A DNA stretch of 64,000 nt from Eledone cirrhosa (taxonomy: Eukaryota). The DNA is taken from the NCBI GenBank assembly GCA_964016885.1, contig CAXHJY010000928.1, positions 558,001 to 622,000 of the forward strand, in the 5' to 3' direction. Shown one piece after another: positions 13,401-28,900 of this stretch (the first letter of the stretch is position 1; every line of letters begins with the position of its first letter). The notes beneath the pieces were generated by a model. That model searched no databases and was not told where the DNA came from. It saw only the letters and a list, made by a program, of their open reading frames with translations. Made by a program: the position numbers and the translations under genes.

Positions 13401-16400
13401 ACACTGTCATCATTGTATTAGTGATGTTATGAGAGAGACAAGAGACAACACTTACTACACTGTCATCATTGTTAGTGATGTTATGAGAGACACAAGAGAC
13501 AACACTTACTACACTGTCATCATTGTGTTAGTGATGTTATGAGAGAGACATGAGACAACACTTACTACTCTGTCATCATTGTGTTAGTGATGTTATGAGA
13601 GAGACGTGAGACAACACTTACTACACTGTCATCATTGTATTAGTGATGTTATGAGAGACAAGAGACAACACTTACTACACTGTCATCATTGTGTTAGTGA
13701 TGTTATGAGAGACACAAGAGACAACACTTACTACGCTGTCATCATTGTGTTAGTGATGTTATGAGAGAGACATGAGACTACACTTACTACACTGTCATCA
13801 TTGTGTTAGTGATGTTATGAGAGAGACATGAGACAACACTTACTACACTGTCATCATTGTGTTAGTGATGTTATGAGAGACACAAGAGACAACACTTAAA
13901 ACGCTGTCATCATTGTGTTAGTGATGTTATGAGAGAGACATGATACTACACTTACTACACTGTCATCATTGTGTTAGTGATGTTATCAGAGAGATGTTGA
14001 GACAGCACTTACTACACTGTTAGCATTGTGTTAGTGATGTTATGAGAGACACAAGAGACAACACTTACTACACTGTCATCATTGTGTTAGTGATGTTTTG
14101 AGAGACACAAGAAACAACACTTACTACACTGTCATCATTGTGTTAGTGATGTTATGAGAGAGACATGAGACAACACTTACTACACTGTCATCATTGTGTT
14201 AGTGATGTTATGAGAGAGACATGAGACAACACTTACTACACTGTCATCATTGTGATAGTGATGTTATGAGAGAGACACGAGACAACACTTACTACACTGT
14301 CATCATTGTGTTAGTGATGTTATGAGAGAGACATGAGACTACACTTACTACACTGTCATCATTTTGTTAGTGATGTTATGAGAGACACAAGAGACAACAC
14401 TTACTACACTGTCATCATTGTGTTAGTGATGTTATGAGAGAGATGTTGAGACAGCACTTACTACACTGTCATTGTATTAGTGGTGTTATGAGAGAGACAT
14501 GAGACAACACTTACTACACTGTCATCATTGTATTAGTGGTGTTATGAGAGAGACATGAGACAACACTTACTACACTGTCATCATTGTGTTAGTGATGTTA
14601 TGAGAGAGACATGAGACAACACTTACTACACTGTCATCATTGTATTAGTGATGTTATGAGAGAGACAAGAGACAACACTTACTACACTGTCATCATTGTT
14701 AGTGATGTTCTGAGAGACACAAGAGACAACACTTACTACACTGTCATCATTGTGTTAGTGATGTTATGAGAGAGACATGAGACAACACTTACTACACTCT
14801 CATCATTGTGTTAGTGATGTTATGAGAGAGACATGAGACAACACTTACTACACTGTCATCATTGTATTAGTGATGTTATGAGAGAGACAAGAGACAACAC
14901 TTACTACACTGTCATCATTGTGTTAGTGATGTTATGAGAGACACAAGAGACAACACTTACTACGCTGTCATCATTATGTTAGTGATGTTATGAGAGAGAC
15001 ATGAGACTACACATACTACACTGTCATCATTGTGTTAGTGATGTTATGAGAGAGACATGAGACAACACTTACTACACTGTCATCATTGTGTTGTGATGTT
15101 ATGAGAGACACAAGAGACAACACTTACTACGCTGTCATCATTGTGTTAGTGATGTTATGAGAGAGACATGAGACTACACTTACTACACTGTCATCATTGT
15201 GTTAGTGATGTTATGAGAGACACAAGAGACAACACTTACTACGCTGTCATCATTGTGTTAGTGATGTTATGAGAGAGACATGAGACTACACTGTCATCAT
15301 TGTGTTAGTGATGTTATGAGAGACACAAGAGACTACACTTACTACACTGTCATCATTGTGTTAGTGATGTTATGAGAGACACAAGAGACAACACTTACTA
15401 CGCTGTCATTGTATTAGTCGTGTTATGAGAGAGACATGAGACAACACTTACTACACTGTCATCATCGTGTTAGTGATGTTATGAGAGACACAAGAGACAA
15501 CACTTACTACACTGTCATCATTGTGTTAGTGATGTTTTGAGAGAGACATGAGACAACACTTACTACACTGTCATCATTGTGTTAGCGATGTTATAAGAGA
15601 GACATGAGACAACACTTACTACACTGTCATCATTGTATTAGTGATGTTATGAGAGAGACAAGAGACAACACTTACTACACTGTCATCATTGTGTTAGTGT
15701 TGTTATGAGAGAGATGTTGAGACAGCACTTACTACACTGTCATCATTGTATTAGTGGTGTTATGAGAGAGACATGAGACAACACTTACTACACTGTCATC
15801 ATTGTGTTAGTGATGTTATGAGAGAGACATGAGTCAACACTTACTACACTGTCATCATTGTGTTAGTGATGTTATGAGAGACACAAGAGACAACACTTAC
15901 TACACTGTCATCATTGTTAGTGATGTTATGAGAGACACAAGAGACAACACTTACTACACTGTCATCATTGTGTTAGTGATGTTATGAGATAGACATGAGG
16001 CAACACTTACTACACTGTCATCATTGTATTAGTGATGTTATGAGAGAGACAAGAGACAACACTTACTACACTGTCATCATTGTTTTAGTGGTGTTATGAG
16101 AGAGATGTTGAGACAGCACTTACTACACTGTTAGCATTGTGTTAGTGATGTTATGAGAGAGACATGAGACAACACTTACTACACTGTCATCATTGTGTTA
16201 GTGATGTTATGAGAGAGACATGAGACAACACTTACTACACTGTCATCATTGTGTTAGTGATGTTATGAGAGAGACATGAGACAACACTTACTACACTGTC
16301 ATCATTGTGTTAGTGATGTTATGAGAGAGACATGAGACAACACTTACTACACTGTCATCATTGTATTAGTGATGTTATGAGAGAGACAAGAGACAACACT

Positions 16401-16866
16401 TACTACACTGTCATCATTGTATTAGTGTTGTTATGAGAGAGATGTTGAGACAGCACTTACTACACTGTCATCATTGTATTAGTGGTGTTATGAGAGAGAC
16501 ATGAGACAACACTTACTACACTGTCATCATTGTGTTAGTGATGTTATGAGAGAGACATGAGACAACACTTACTACACTGTCATCATTGTATTAGTGATGT
16601 TATGAGAGAGACAAGAGACAACACTTACTACACTGTCATCATTGTGTTAGTGATGTTATGAGAGACACAAGAGACAACACTTACTACGCTGTCATCATTG
16701 TGTTAGTGATGTTATGAGAGAGACATGAGACTACACTTACTACACTGTCATCATTGTGTTAGTGATGTTATGAGAGAGACATGAGACAACACTTACTACA
16801 CTGTCATCATTGTGTTAGTGATGTTATGAGAGAGACATGAGACAACACTTACTACACTGTCATCAT
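10479..16866. repeat. 6.44-kb HOR copy 1 (6,388 bp; one monomer short)
   Basis: TTAGAATTG at 10641 and 17029 (6,388). TGTTATCATCG at 12351 and 18795, and AACACTTAAAACG at 13891 and 20335 (both 6,444). Confidence 0.88.
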
Positions 16867-19800
16867 TGTGTTAGTGATGTTATGAGATAGACATGAGGCA
16901 ACACTTACTACACTGTCATCATTGTATTAGTGATGTTATGAGAGAGACAAGAGACAACACTTACTACACTGTCATCATTGTATTAGTGGTGTTATGAGAG
17001 AGATGTTGAGACAGCACTTACTACACTGTTAGAATTGTGTTAGTGATGTTATGAGAGAGACATGAGACAACACTTACTACACTGTCATCATTGTGTTAGT
17101 GATGTTATGAGAGAGACATGAGACAACACTTACTGCACTGTCATCATTGTGTTAGTGATGTTATGAGAGACACAAGAGACAACACTTACTACACTGTCAT
17201 CATTGTGTTAGTGATGTTTTGAGAGACACAAGAGACAACACTTACTACACTGTCATCATTGTGTTAGTGATGTTATGAGAGAGACATGAGACAACACTTA
17301 CTACACTGTCATCATTGTGTTAGTGATGTTATGAGAGAGACATGAGACAACACTTACTACACTGTCATCATTGTGATAGTGATGTTATGAGAGAGACACG
17401 AGACAACACTTACTACACTGTCATCATTGTGTTAGTGATGTTATGAGAGAGACATGAGACTACACTTACTACACTGTCATCATTGTTAGTGCTGTTATGA
17501 GAGACACAAGAGACAACACTTACTACACTGTCATCATTGTGTTAGTGATGTTATGAGAGAGACATGAGACTACACTTACTACACTGTCATCATTGTGTTA
17601 GTGATGTTATGAGAGACACAAGAGACAACACTTACTACACTGTCATCATTGTGTTAGTGATGTTATGAGAGAGATGTTGAGACAGCACTTACTACACTGT
17701 CATTGTATTAGTGGTGTTATGAGAGAGACACGAGACAACACTTACTACACTGTCATCATTGTATTAGTGGTGTTATGAGAGAGACATGAGACAACACTTA
17801 CTACACTGTCATCATTGTGTTAGTGATGTTATGAGAGAGACATGAGACAACACTTACTACACTGTCATCATTGTATTAGTGATGTTATGAGAGAGACAAG
17901 AGACAACACTTACTACACTGTCATCATTGTTAGTGACTTTATGAGAGACACAAGAGACAACACTTACTACACTGTCATCATTGTGTTAGTGATGTTATGA
18001 GAGAGACATGAGACAACACTTACTACACTGTCATCATTGTGTTAGTGATGTTATGAGAGAGACATGAGACAACACTTACTACACTGTCATCATTGTATTA
18101 GTGATGTTATGAGAGACACATGAGACAACACTTACTACGCTGTCATCATTGTGTTAGTGATGTTATGAGAGAGACATGAGACTACACTTACTACACTGTC
18201 ATCATTGTGTTAGTGATGTTATGAGAGACACAAGAGACAACACTTACTACGCTGTCATCATTGTGTTAGTGATGTTATGAGAGAGACATGAGACTACACT
18301 GTCATCATTGTGTTAGTGATGTTATGAGAGACACAAGAGACAACACTTACTACGCTGTCATCATTGTATTAGTGGTGTTATGAGAGAGACATGAGACAAC
18401 ACTTACTACACTGTCATCATTGTGTTAGTGATGTTATGAGAGACACAAGAGACTACACTTACTACACTGTCATCATTGTGTTAGTGATGTTATGAGAGAC
18501 ACAAGAGACAGCACTTACTACGCTGTCATCATTGTATTAGTGATGTTTTGAGAGAGACATGAGACTACACTTACTACACTGTCATCATTGTGTTAGTGAT
18601 GTTATGAGAGACACAAGAGACAACACTTACTACGCTGTCATCATTGTGTTAGTGATGTTATGAGAGAGACATGAGACTACACTGTCATCATTGTGTTAGT
18701 GATGTTATGAGAGACACAAGAGACAACACTTACTACGCTGTCATCATTGTATTAGTGGTGTTATGAGAGAGACATGAGACAACACTTACTACACTGTTAT
18801 CATCGTGTTAGTGATATGAGAGACACAAGAGACAACACTTACTACACTGTCATCATTGTGTTAGTGATGTTTTGAGAGAGACATGAGACAACACTTACTA
18901 CACTGTCATCATTGTGTTAGCGATGTTATAAGAGAGACATGAGACAACACTTACTACACTGTCATCATTGTGTTAGTGATGTTATGAGAGAGACATGAGA
19001 CAACACTTACTACACTGTCATCATTGTGTTAGTGATGTTATGAGAGACACAAGAGACTACACTTACTACACTGTCATCATTGTGTTAGTGATGTTATGAG
19101 AGACACAAGAGACAGCACTTACTACGCTGTCATCATTGTATTAGTGGTGTTATGAGAGAGACATGAGACAACACTTACTACACTGTCATCATCGTGTTAG
19201 TGATATGAGAGACACAAGAGACAACACTTACTACACTGTCATCATTGTGTTAGTGATGTTTTGAGAGAGACATGAGACAACACTTACTACACTGTCATCA
19301 TTGTGTTAGTGATGTTATGAGAGAGACATGAGACAACACTTACTACACTGTCATCATTGTGATAGTGATGTTATGAGAGAGACACGAGACAACACTTACT
19401 ACACTGTCATCATTGTGTTAGTGATGTTATGAGAGAGACATGAGACTACACTTACTACACTGTCATCATTGTTAGTGATGTTATGAGAGACACAAGAGAC
19501 AACACTTACTACACTGTCATCATTGTGTTAGTGATGTTATGAGAGAGACATGAGACTACACTTACTACACTGTCATCATTGTGTTAGTGATGTTATGAGA
19601 GACACAAGAGACAACACTTACTACACTGTCATCATTGTGTTAGTGATGTTATGAGAGAGATGTTGAGACAGCACTTACTACACTGTCATTGTATTAGTGG
19701 TGTTATGAGAGAGACATGAGACAACACTTACTACACTGTCATCATTGTATTAGTGGTGTTATGAGAGAGACATGAGACAACACTTACTACACTGTCATCA

Positions 19801-22800
19801 TTGTGTTAGTGATGTTATGAGAGAGACATGAGACAACACTTACTACACTGTCATCATTGTATTAGTGATGTTATGAGAGAGACAAGAGACAACACTTACT
19901 ACACTGTCATCATTGTTAGTGATGTTATGAGAGACACAAGAGACAACACTTACTACACTGTCATCATTGTGTTAGTGATGTTATGAGAGAGACATGAGAC
20001 AACACTTACTACTCTGTCATCATTGTGTTAGTGATGTTATGAGAGAGACGTGAGACAACACTTACTACACTGTCATCATTGTATTAGTGATGTTATGAGA
20101 GACAAGAGACAACACTTACTACACTGTCATCATTGTGTTAGTGATGTTATGAGAGACACAAGAGACAACACTTACTACGCTGTCATCATTGTGTTAGTGA
20201 TGTTATGAGAGAGACATGAGACTACACTTACTACACTGTCATCATTGTGTTAGTGATGTTATGAGAGAGACATGAGACAACACTTACTACACTGTCATCA
20301 TTGTGTTAGTGATGTTATGAGAGACACAAGAGACAACACTTAAAACGCTGTCATCATTGTGTTAGTGATGTTATGAGAGAGACATGATACTACACTTACT
20401 ACACTGTCATCATTGTGTTAGTGATGTTATCAGAGAGATGTTGAGACAGCACTTACTACACTGTTAGCATTGTGTTAGTGATGTTATGAGAGACACAAGA
20501 GACAACACTTACTACACTGTCATCATTGTGTTAGTGATGTTTTGAGAGACACAAGAAACAACACTTACTACACTGTCATCATTGTGTTAGTGATGTTATG
20601 AGAGAGACATGAGACAACACTTACTACACTGTCATCATTGTGTTAGTGATGTTATGAGAGAGACATGAGACAACACTTACTACACTGTCATCATTGTGTT
20701 AGTGATGTTATGAGAGAGACATGAGACAACACTTACTACACTGTCATCATTGTATTAGTGATGTTATGAGAGACACATGAGACAACACTTACTACGCTGT
20801 CATCATTGTGTTAGTGATGTTATGAGAGAGACATGAGACTACACTTACTACACTGTCATCATTGTGTTAGTGATGTTATGAGAGACACAAGAGACAACAC
20901 TTACTACGCTGTCATCATTGTGTTAGTGATGTTATGAGAGAGACATGAGACTACACTGTCATCATTGTGTTAGTGATGTTATGAGAGACACAAGAGACAA
21001 CACTTACTACGCTGTCATCATTGTATTAGTGGTGTTATGAGAGAGACATGAGACAACACTTACTACACTGTCATCATTGTGTTAGTGATGTTATGAGAGA
21101 CACAAGAGACTACACTTACTACACTGTCATCATTGTGTTAGTGATGTTATGAGAGACACAAGAGACAGCACTTACTACGCTGTCATCATTGTATTAGTGA
21201 TGTTTTGAGAGAGACATGAGACTACACTTACTACACTGTCATCATTGTGTTAGTGATGTTATGAGAGACACAAGAGACAACACTTACTACGCTGTCATCA
21301 TTGTGTTAGTGATGTTATGAGAGAGACATGAGACTACACTGTCATCATTGTGTTAGTGATGTTATGAGAGACACAAGAGACAACACTTACTACGCTGTCA
21401 TCATTGTATTAGTGGTGTTATGAGAGAGACATGAGACAACACTTACTACACTGTTATCATCGTGTTAGTGATATGAGAGACACAAGAGACAACACTTACT
21501 ACACTGTCATCATTGTGTTAGTGATGTTTTGAGAGAGACATGAGACAACACTTACTACACTGTCATCATTGTGTTAGCGATGTTATAAGAGAGACATGAG
21601 ACAACACTTACTACACTGTCATCATTGTGTTAGTGATGTTATGAGAGAGACATGAGACAACACTTACTACACTGTCATCATTGTGTTAGTGATGTTATGA
21701 GAGACACAAGAGACTACACTTACTACACTGTCATCATTGTGTTAGTGATGTTATGAGAGACACAAGAGACAGCACTTACTACGCTGTCATCATTGTATTA
21801 GTGGTGTTATGAGAGAGACATGAGACAACACTTACTACACTGTCATCATCGTGTTAGTGATATGAGAGACACAAGAGACAACACTTACTACACTGTCATC
21901 ATTGTGTTAGTGATGTTTTGAGAGAGACATGAGACAACACTTACTACACTGTCATCATTGTGTTAGTGATGTTATGAGAGAGACATGAGACAACACTTAC
22001 TACACTGTCATCATTGTGATAGTGATGTTATGAGAGAGACACGAGACAACACTTACTACACTGTCATCATTGTGTTAGTGATGTTATGAGAGAGACATGA
22101 GACTACACTTACTACACTGTCATCATTGTTAGTGATGTTATGAGAGACACAAGAGACAACACTTACTACACTGTCATCATTGTGTTAGTGATGTTATGAG
22201 AGAGACATGAGACTACACTTACTACACTGTCATCATTGTGTTAGTGATGTTATGAGAGACACAAGAGACAACACTTACTACACTGTCATCATTGTGTTAG
22301 TGATGTTATGAGAGAGATGTTGAGACAGCACTTACTACACTGTCATTGTATTAGTGGTGTTATGAGAGAGACATGAGACAACACTTACTACACTGTCATC
22401 ATTGTATTAGTGGTGTTATGAGAGAGACATGAGACAACACTTACTACACTGTCATCATTGTGTTAGTGATGTTATGAGAGAGACATGAGACAACACTTAC
22501 TACACTGTCATCATTGTATTAGTGATGTTATGAGAGAGACAAGAGACAACACTTACTACACTGTCATCATTGTTAGTGATGTTATGAGAGACACAAGAGA
22601 CAACACTTACTACACTGTCATCATTGTGTTAGTGATGTTATGAGAGAGACATGAGACAACACTTACTACTCTGTCATCATTGTGTTAGTGATGTTATGAG
22701 AGAGACGTGAGACAACACTTACTACACTGTCATCATTGTATTAGTGATGTTATGAGAGACAAGAGACAACACTTACTACACTGTCATCATTGTGTTAGTG

Positions 22801-25800
22801 ATGTTATGAGAGACACAAGAGACAACACTTACTACGCTGTCATCATTGTGTTAGTGATGTTATGAGAGAGACATGAGACTACACTTACTACACTGTCATC
22901 ATTGTGTTAGTGATGTTATGAGAGAGACATGAGACAACACTTACTACACTGTCATCATTGTGTTAGTGATGTTATGAGAGACACAAGAGACAACACTTAA
23001 AACGCTGTCATCATTGTGTTAGTGATGTTATGAGAGAGACATGATACTACACTTACTACACTGTCATCATTGTGTTAGTGATGTTATCAGAGAGATGTTG
23101 AGACAGCACTTACTACACTGTTAGCATTGTGTTAGTGATGTTATGAGAGACACAAGAGACAACACTTACTACACTGTCATCATTGTGTTAGTGATGTTTT
23201 GAGAGACACAAGAAACAACACTTACTACACTGTCATCATTGTGTTAGTGATGTTATGAGAGAGACATGAGACAACACTTACTACACTGTCATCATTGTGT
23301 TAGTGATGTTATGAGAGAGACATGAGACAACACTTACTACACTGTCATCATTGTGATAGTGATGTTATGAGAGAGACACGAGACAACACTTACTACACTG
23401 TCATCATTGTGTTAGTGATGTTATGAGAGAGACATGAGACTACACTTACTACACTGTCATCATTTTGTTAGTGATGTTATGAGAGACACAAGAGACAACA
23501 CTTACTACACTGTCATCATTGTGTTAGTGATGTTATGAGAGAGATGTTGAGACAGCACTTACTACACTGTCATTGTATTAGTGGTGTTATGAGAGAGACA
23601 TGAGACAACACTTACTACACTGTCATCATTGTATTAGTGGTGTTATGAGAGAGACATGAGACAACACTTACTACACTGTCATCATTGTGTTAGTGATGTT
23701 ATGAGAGAGACATGAGACAACACTTACTACACTGTCATCATTGTATTAGTGATGTTATGAGAGAGACAAGAGACAACACTTACTACACTGTCATCATTGT
23801 TAGTGATGTTCTGAGAGACACAAGAGACAACACTTACTACACTGTCATCATTGTGTTAGTGATGTTATGAGAGAGACATGAGACAACACTTACTACACTC
23901 TCATCATTGTGTTAGTGATGTTATGAGAGAGACATGAGACAACACTTACTACACTGTCATCATTGTATTAGTGATGTTATGAGAGAGACAAGAGACAACA
24001 CTTACTACACTGTCATCATTGTGTTAGTGATGTTATGAGAGACACAAGAGACAACACTTACTACGCTGTCATCATTATGTTAGTGATGTTATGAGAGAGA
24101 CATGAGACTACACTTACTACACTGTCATCATTGTGTTAGTGATGTTATGAGAGAGACATGAGACAACACTTACTACACTGTCATCATTGTGTTGTGATGT
24201 TATGAGAGACACAAGAGACAACACTTACTACGCTGTCATCATTGTGTTAGTGATGTTATGAGAGAGACATGAGACTACACTTACTACACTGTCATCATTG
24301 TGTTAGTGATGTTATGAGAGACACAAGAGACAACACTTACTACGCTGTCATCATTGTGTTAGTGATGTTATGAGAGAGACATGAGACTACACTGTCATCA
24401 TTGTGTTAGTGATGTTATGAGAGACACAAGAGACTACACTTACTACACTGTCATCATTGTGTTAGTGATGTTATGAGAGACACAAGAGACAACACTTACT
24501 ACGCTGTCATTGTATTAGTCGTGTTATGAGAGAGACATGAGACAACACTTACTACACTGTCATCATCGTGTTAGTGATGTTATGAGAGACACAAGAGACA
24601 ACACTTACTACACTGTCATCATTGTGTTAGTGATGTTTTGAGAGAGACATGAGACAACACTTACTACACTGTCATCATTGTGTTAGCGATGTTATAAGAG
24701 AGACATGAGACAACACTTACTACACTGTCATCATTGTATTAGTGATGTTATGAGAGAGACAAGAGACAACACTTACTACACTGTCATCATTGTGTTAGTG
24801 TTGTTATGAGAGAGATGTTGAGACAGCACTTACTACACTGTCATCATTGTATTAGTGGTGTTATGAGAGAGACATGAGACAACACTTACTACACTGTCAT
24901 CATTGTGTTAGTGATGTTATGAGAGAGACATGAGTCAACACTTACTACACTGTCATCATTGTGTTAGTGATGTTATGAGAGACACAAGAGACAACACTTA
25001 CTACACTGTCATCATTGTTAGTGATGTTATGAGAGACACAAGAGACAACACTTACTACACTGTCATCATTGTGTTAGTGATGTTATGAGATAGACATGAG
25101 GCAACACTTACTACACTGTCATCATTGTATTAGTGATGTTATGAGAGAGACAAGAGACAACACTTACTACACTGTCATCATTGTTTTAGTGGTGTTATGA
25201 GAGAGATGTTGAGACAGCACTTACTACACTGTTAGCATTGTGTTAGTGATGTTATGAGAGAGACATGAGACAACACTTACTACACTGTCATCATTGTGTT
25301 AGTGATGTTATGAGAGAGACATGAGACAACACTTACTACACTGTCATCATTGTGTTAGTGATGTTATGAGAGAGACATGAGACAACACTTACTACACTGT
25401 CATCATTGTGTTAGTGATGTTATGAGAGAGACATGAGACAACACTTACTACACTGTCATCATTGTATTAGTGATGTTATGAGAGAGACAAGAGACAACAC
25501 TTACTACACTGTCATCATTGTATTAGTGTTGTTATGAGAGAGATGTTGAGACAGCACTTACTACACTGTCATCATTGTATTAGTGGTGTTATGAGAGAGA
25601 CATGAGACAACACTTACTACACTGTCATCATTGTGTTAGTGATGTTATGAGAGAGACATGAGACAACACTTACTACACTGTCATCATTGTATTAGTGATG
25701 TTATGAGAGAGACAAGAGACAACACTTACTACACTGTCATCATTGTGTTAGTGATGTTATGAGAGACACAAGAGACAACACTTACTACGCTGTCATCATT

Positions 25801-25967
25801 GTGTTAGTGATGTTATGAGAGAGACATGAGACTACACTTACTACACTGTCATCATTGTGTTAGTGATGTTATGAGAGAGACATGAGACAACACTTACTAC
25901 ACTGTCATCATTGTGTTAGTGATGTTATGAGAGAGACATGAGACAACACTTACTACACTGTCATCAT
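16867..25967. repeat. 6.44-kb HOR copy 2 carrying an internal 2,657-bp tandem duplication (9,101 bp)
   Basis: TTAGAATTG 17029 to 26130 = 9,101 = 6,444 + 2,657. TGTTATC at 18795/21452 and AACACTTAAAACG at 20335/22992 are both 2,657 apart. Confidence 0.88.
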
Positions 25968-28900
25968 TGTGTTAGTGATGTTATGAGATAGACATGAGGC
26001 AACACTTACTACACTGTCATCATTGTATTAGTGATGTTATGAGAGAGACAAGAGACAACACTTACTACACTGTCATCATTGTATTAGTGGTGTTATGAGA
26101 GAGATGTTGAGACAGCACTTACTACACTGTTAGAATTGTGTTAGTGATGTTATGAGAGAGACATGAGACAACACTTACTACACTGTCATCATTGTGTTAG
26201 TGATGTTATGAGAGAGACATGAGACAACACTTACTGCACTGTCATCATTGTGTTAGTGATGTTATGAGAGACACAAGAGACAACACTTACTACACTGTCA
26301 TCATTGTGTTAGTGATGTTTTGAGAGACACAAGAGACAACACTTACTACACTGTCATCATTGTGTTAGTGATGTTATGAGAGAGACATGAGACAACACTT
26401 ACTACACTGTCATCATTGTGTTAGTGATGTTATGAGAGAGACATGAGACAACACTTACTACACTGTCATCATTGTGATAGTGATGTTATGAGAGAGACAC
26501 GAGACAACACTTACTACACTGTCATCATTGTGTTAGTGATGTTATGAGAGAGACATGAGACTACACTTACTACACTGTCATCATTGTTAGTGCTGTTATG
26601 AGAGACACAAGAGACAACACTTACTACACTGTCATCATTGTGTTAGTGATGTTATGAGAGAGACATGAGACTACACTTACTACACTGTCATCATTGTGTT
26701 AGTGATGTTATGCGAGACACAAGAGACAACACTTACTACACTGTCATCATTGTGTTAGTGATGTTATGAGAGAGATGTTGAGACAGCACTTACTACACTG
26801 TCATTGTATTAGTGGTGTTATGAGAGAGACACGAGACAACACTTACTACACTGTCATCATTGTATTAGTGGTGTTATGAGAGAGACATGAGACAACACTT
26901 ACTACACTGTCATCATTGTGTTAGTGATGTTATGAGAGAGACATGAGACAACACTTACTACACTGTCATCATTGTATTAGTGATGTTATGAGAGAGACAA
27001 GAGACAACACTTACTACACTGTCATCATTGTTAGTGACTTTATGAGAGACACAAGAGACAACACTTACTACACTGTCATCATTGTGTTAGTGATGTTATG
27101 AGAGAGACATGAGACAACACTTACTACACTGTCATCATTGTGTTAGTGATGTTATGAGAGAGACATGAGACAACACTTACTACACTGTCATCATTGTATT
27201 AGTGATGTTATGAGAGACACATGAGACAACACTTACTACGCTGTCATCATTGTGTTAGTGATGTTATGAGAGAGACATGAGACTACACTTACTACACTGT
27301 CATCATTGTGTTAGTGATGTTATGAGAGACACAAGAGACAACACTTACTACGCTGTCATCATTGTGTTAGTGATGTTATGAGAGAGACATGAGACTACAC
27401 TGTCATCATTGTGTTAGTGATGTTATGAGAGACACAAGAGACAACACTTACTACGCTGTCATCATTGTATTAGTGGTGTTATGAGAGAGACATGAGACAA
27501 CACTTACTACACTGTCATCATTGTGTTAGTGATGTTATGAGAGACACAAGAGACTACACTTACTACACTGTCATCATTGTGTTAGTGATGTTATGAGAGA
27601 CACAAGAGACAGCACTTACTACGCTGTCATCATTGTATTAGTGATGTTTTGAGAGAGACATGAGACTACACTTACTACACTGTCATCATTGTGTTAGTGA
27701 TGTTATGAGAGACACAAGAGACAACACTTACTACGCTGTCATCATTGTGTTAGTGATGTTATGAGAGAGACATGAGACTACACTGTCATCATTGTGTTAG
27801 TGATGTTATGAGAGACACAAGAGACAACACTTACTACGCTGTCATCATTGTATTAGTGGTGTTATGAGAGAGACATGAGACAACACTTACTACACTGTTA
27901 TCATCGTGTTAGTGATATGAGAGACACAAGAGACAACACTTACTACACTGTCATCATTGTGTTAGTGATGTTTTGAGAGAGACATGAGACAACACTTACT
28001 ACACTGTCATCATTGTGTTAGCGATGTTATAAGAGAGACATGAGACAACACTTACTACACTGTCATCATTGTGTTAGTGATGTTATGAGAGAGACATGAG
28101 ACAACACTTACTACACTGTCATCATTGTGATAGTGATGTTATGAGAGAGACACGAGACAACACTTACTACACTGTCATCATTGTGTTAGTGATGTTATGA
28201 GAGAGACATGAGACTACACTTACTACACTGTCATCATTTTGTTAGTGATGTTATGAGAGACACAAGAGACAACACTTACTACACTGTCATCATTGTGTTA
28301 GTGATGTTATGAGAGAGATGTTGAGACAGCACTTACTACACTGTCATTGTATTAGTGGTGTTATGAGAGAGACATGAGACAACACTTACTACACTGTCAT
28401 CATTGTATTAGTGGTGTTATGAGAGAGACATGAGACAACACTTACTACACTGTCATCATTGTGTTAGTGATGTTATGAGAGAGACATGAGACAACACTTA
28501 CTACACTGTCATCATTGTATTAGTGATGTTATGAGAGAGACAAGAGACAACACTTACTACACTGTCATCATTGTTAGTGATGTTCTGAGAGACACAAGAG
28601 ACAACACTTACTACACTGTCATCATTGTGTTAGTGATGTTATGAGAGAGACATGAGACAACACTTACTACACTGTCATCATTGTATTAGTGATGTTATGA
28701 GAGAGACAAGAGACAACACTTACTACACTGTCATCATTGTGTTAGTGATGTTATGAGAGACACAAGAGACAACACTTACTACGCTGTCATCATTATGTTA
28801 GTGATGTTATGAGAGAGACATGAGACTACACTTACTACACTGTCATCATTGTGTTAGTGATGTTATGAGAGAGACATGAGACAACACTTACTACACTGTC

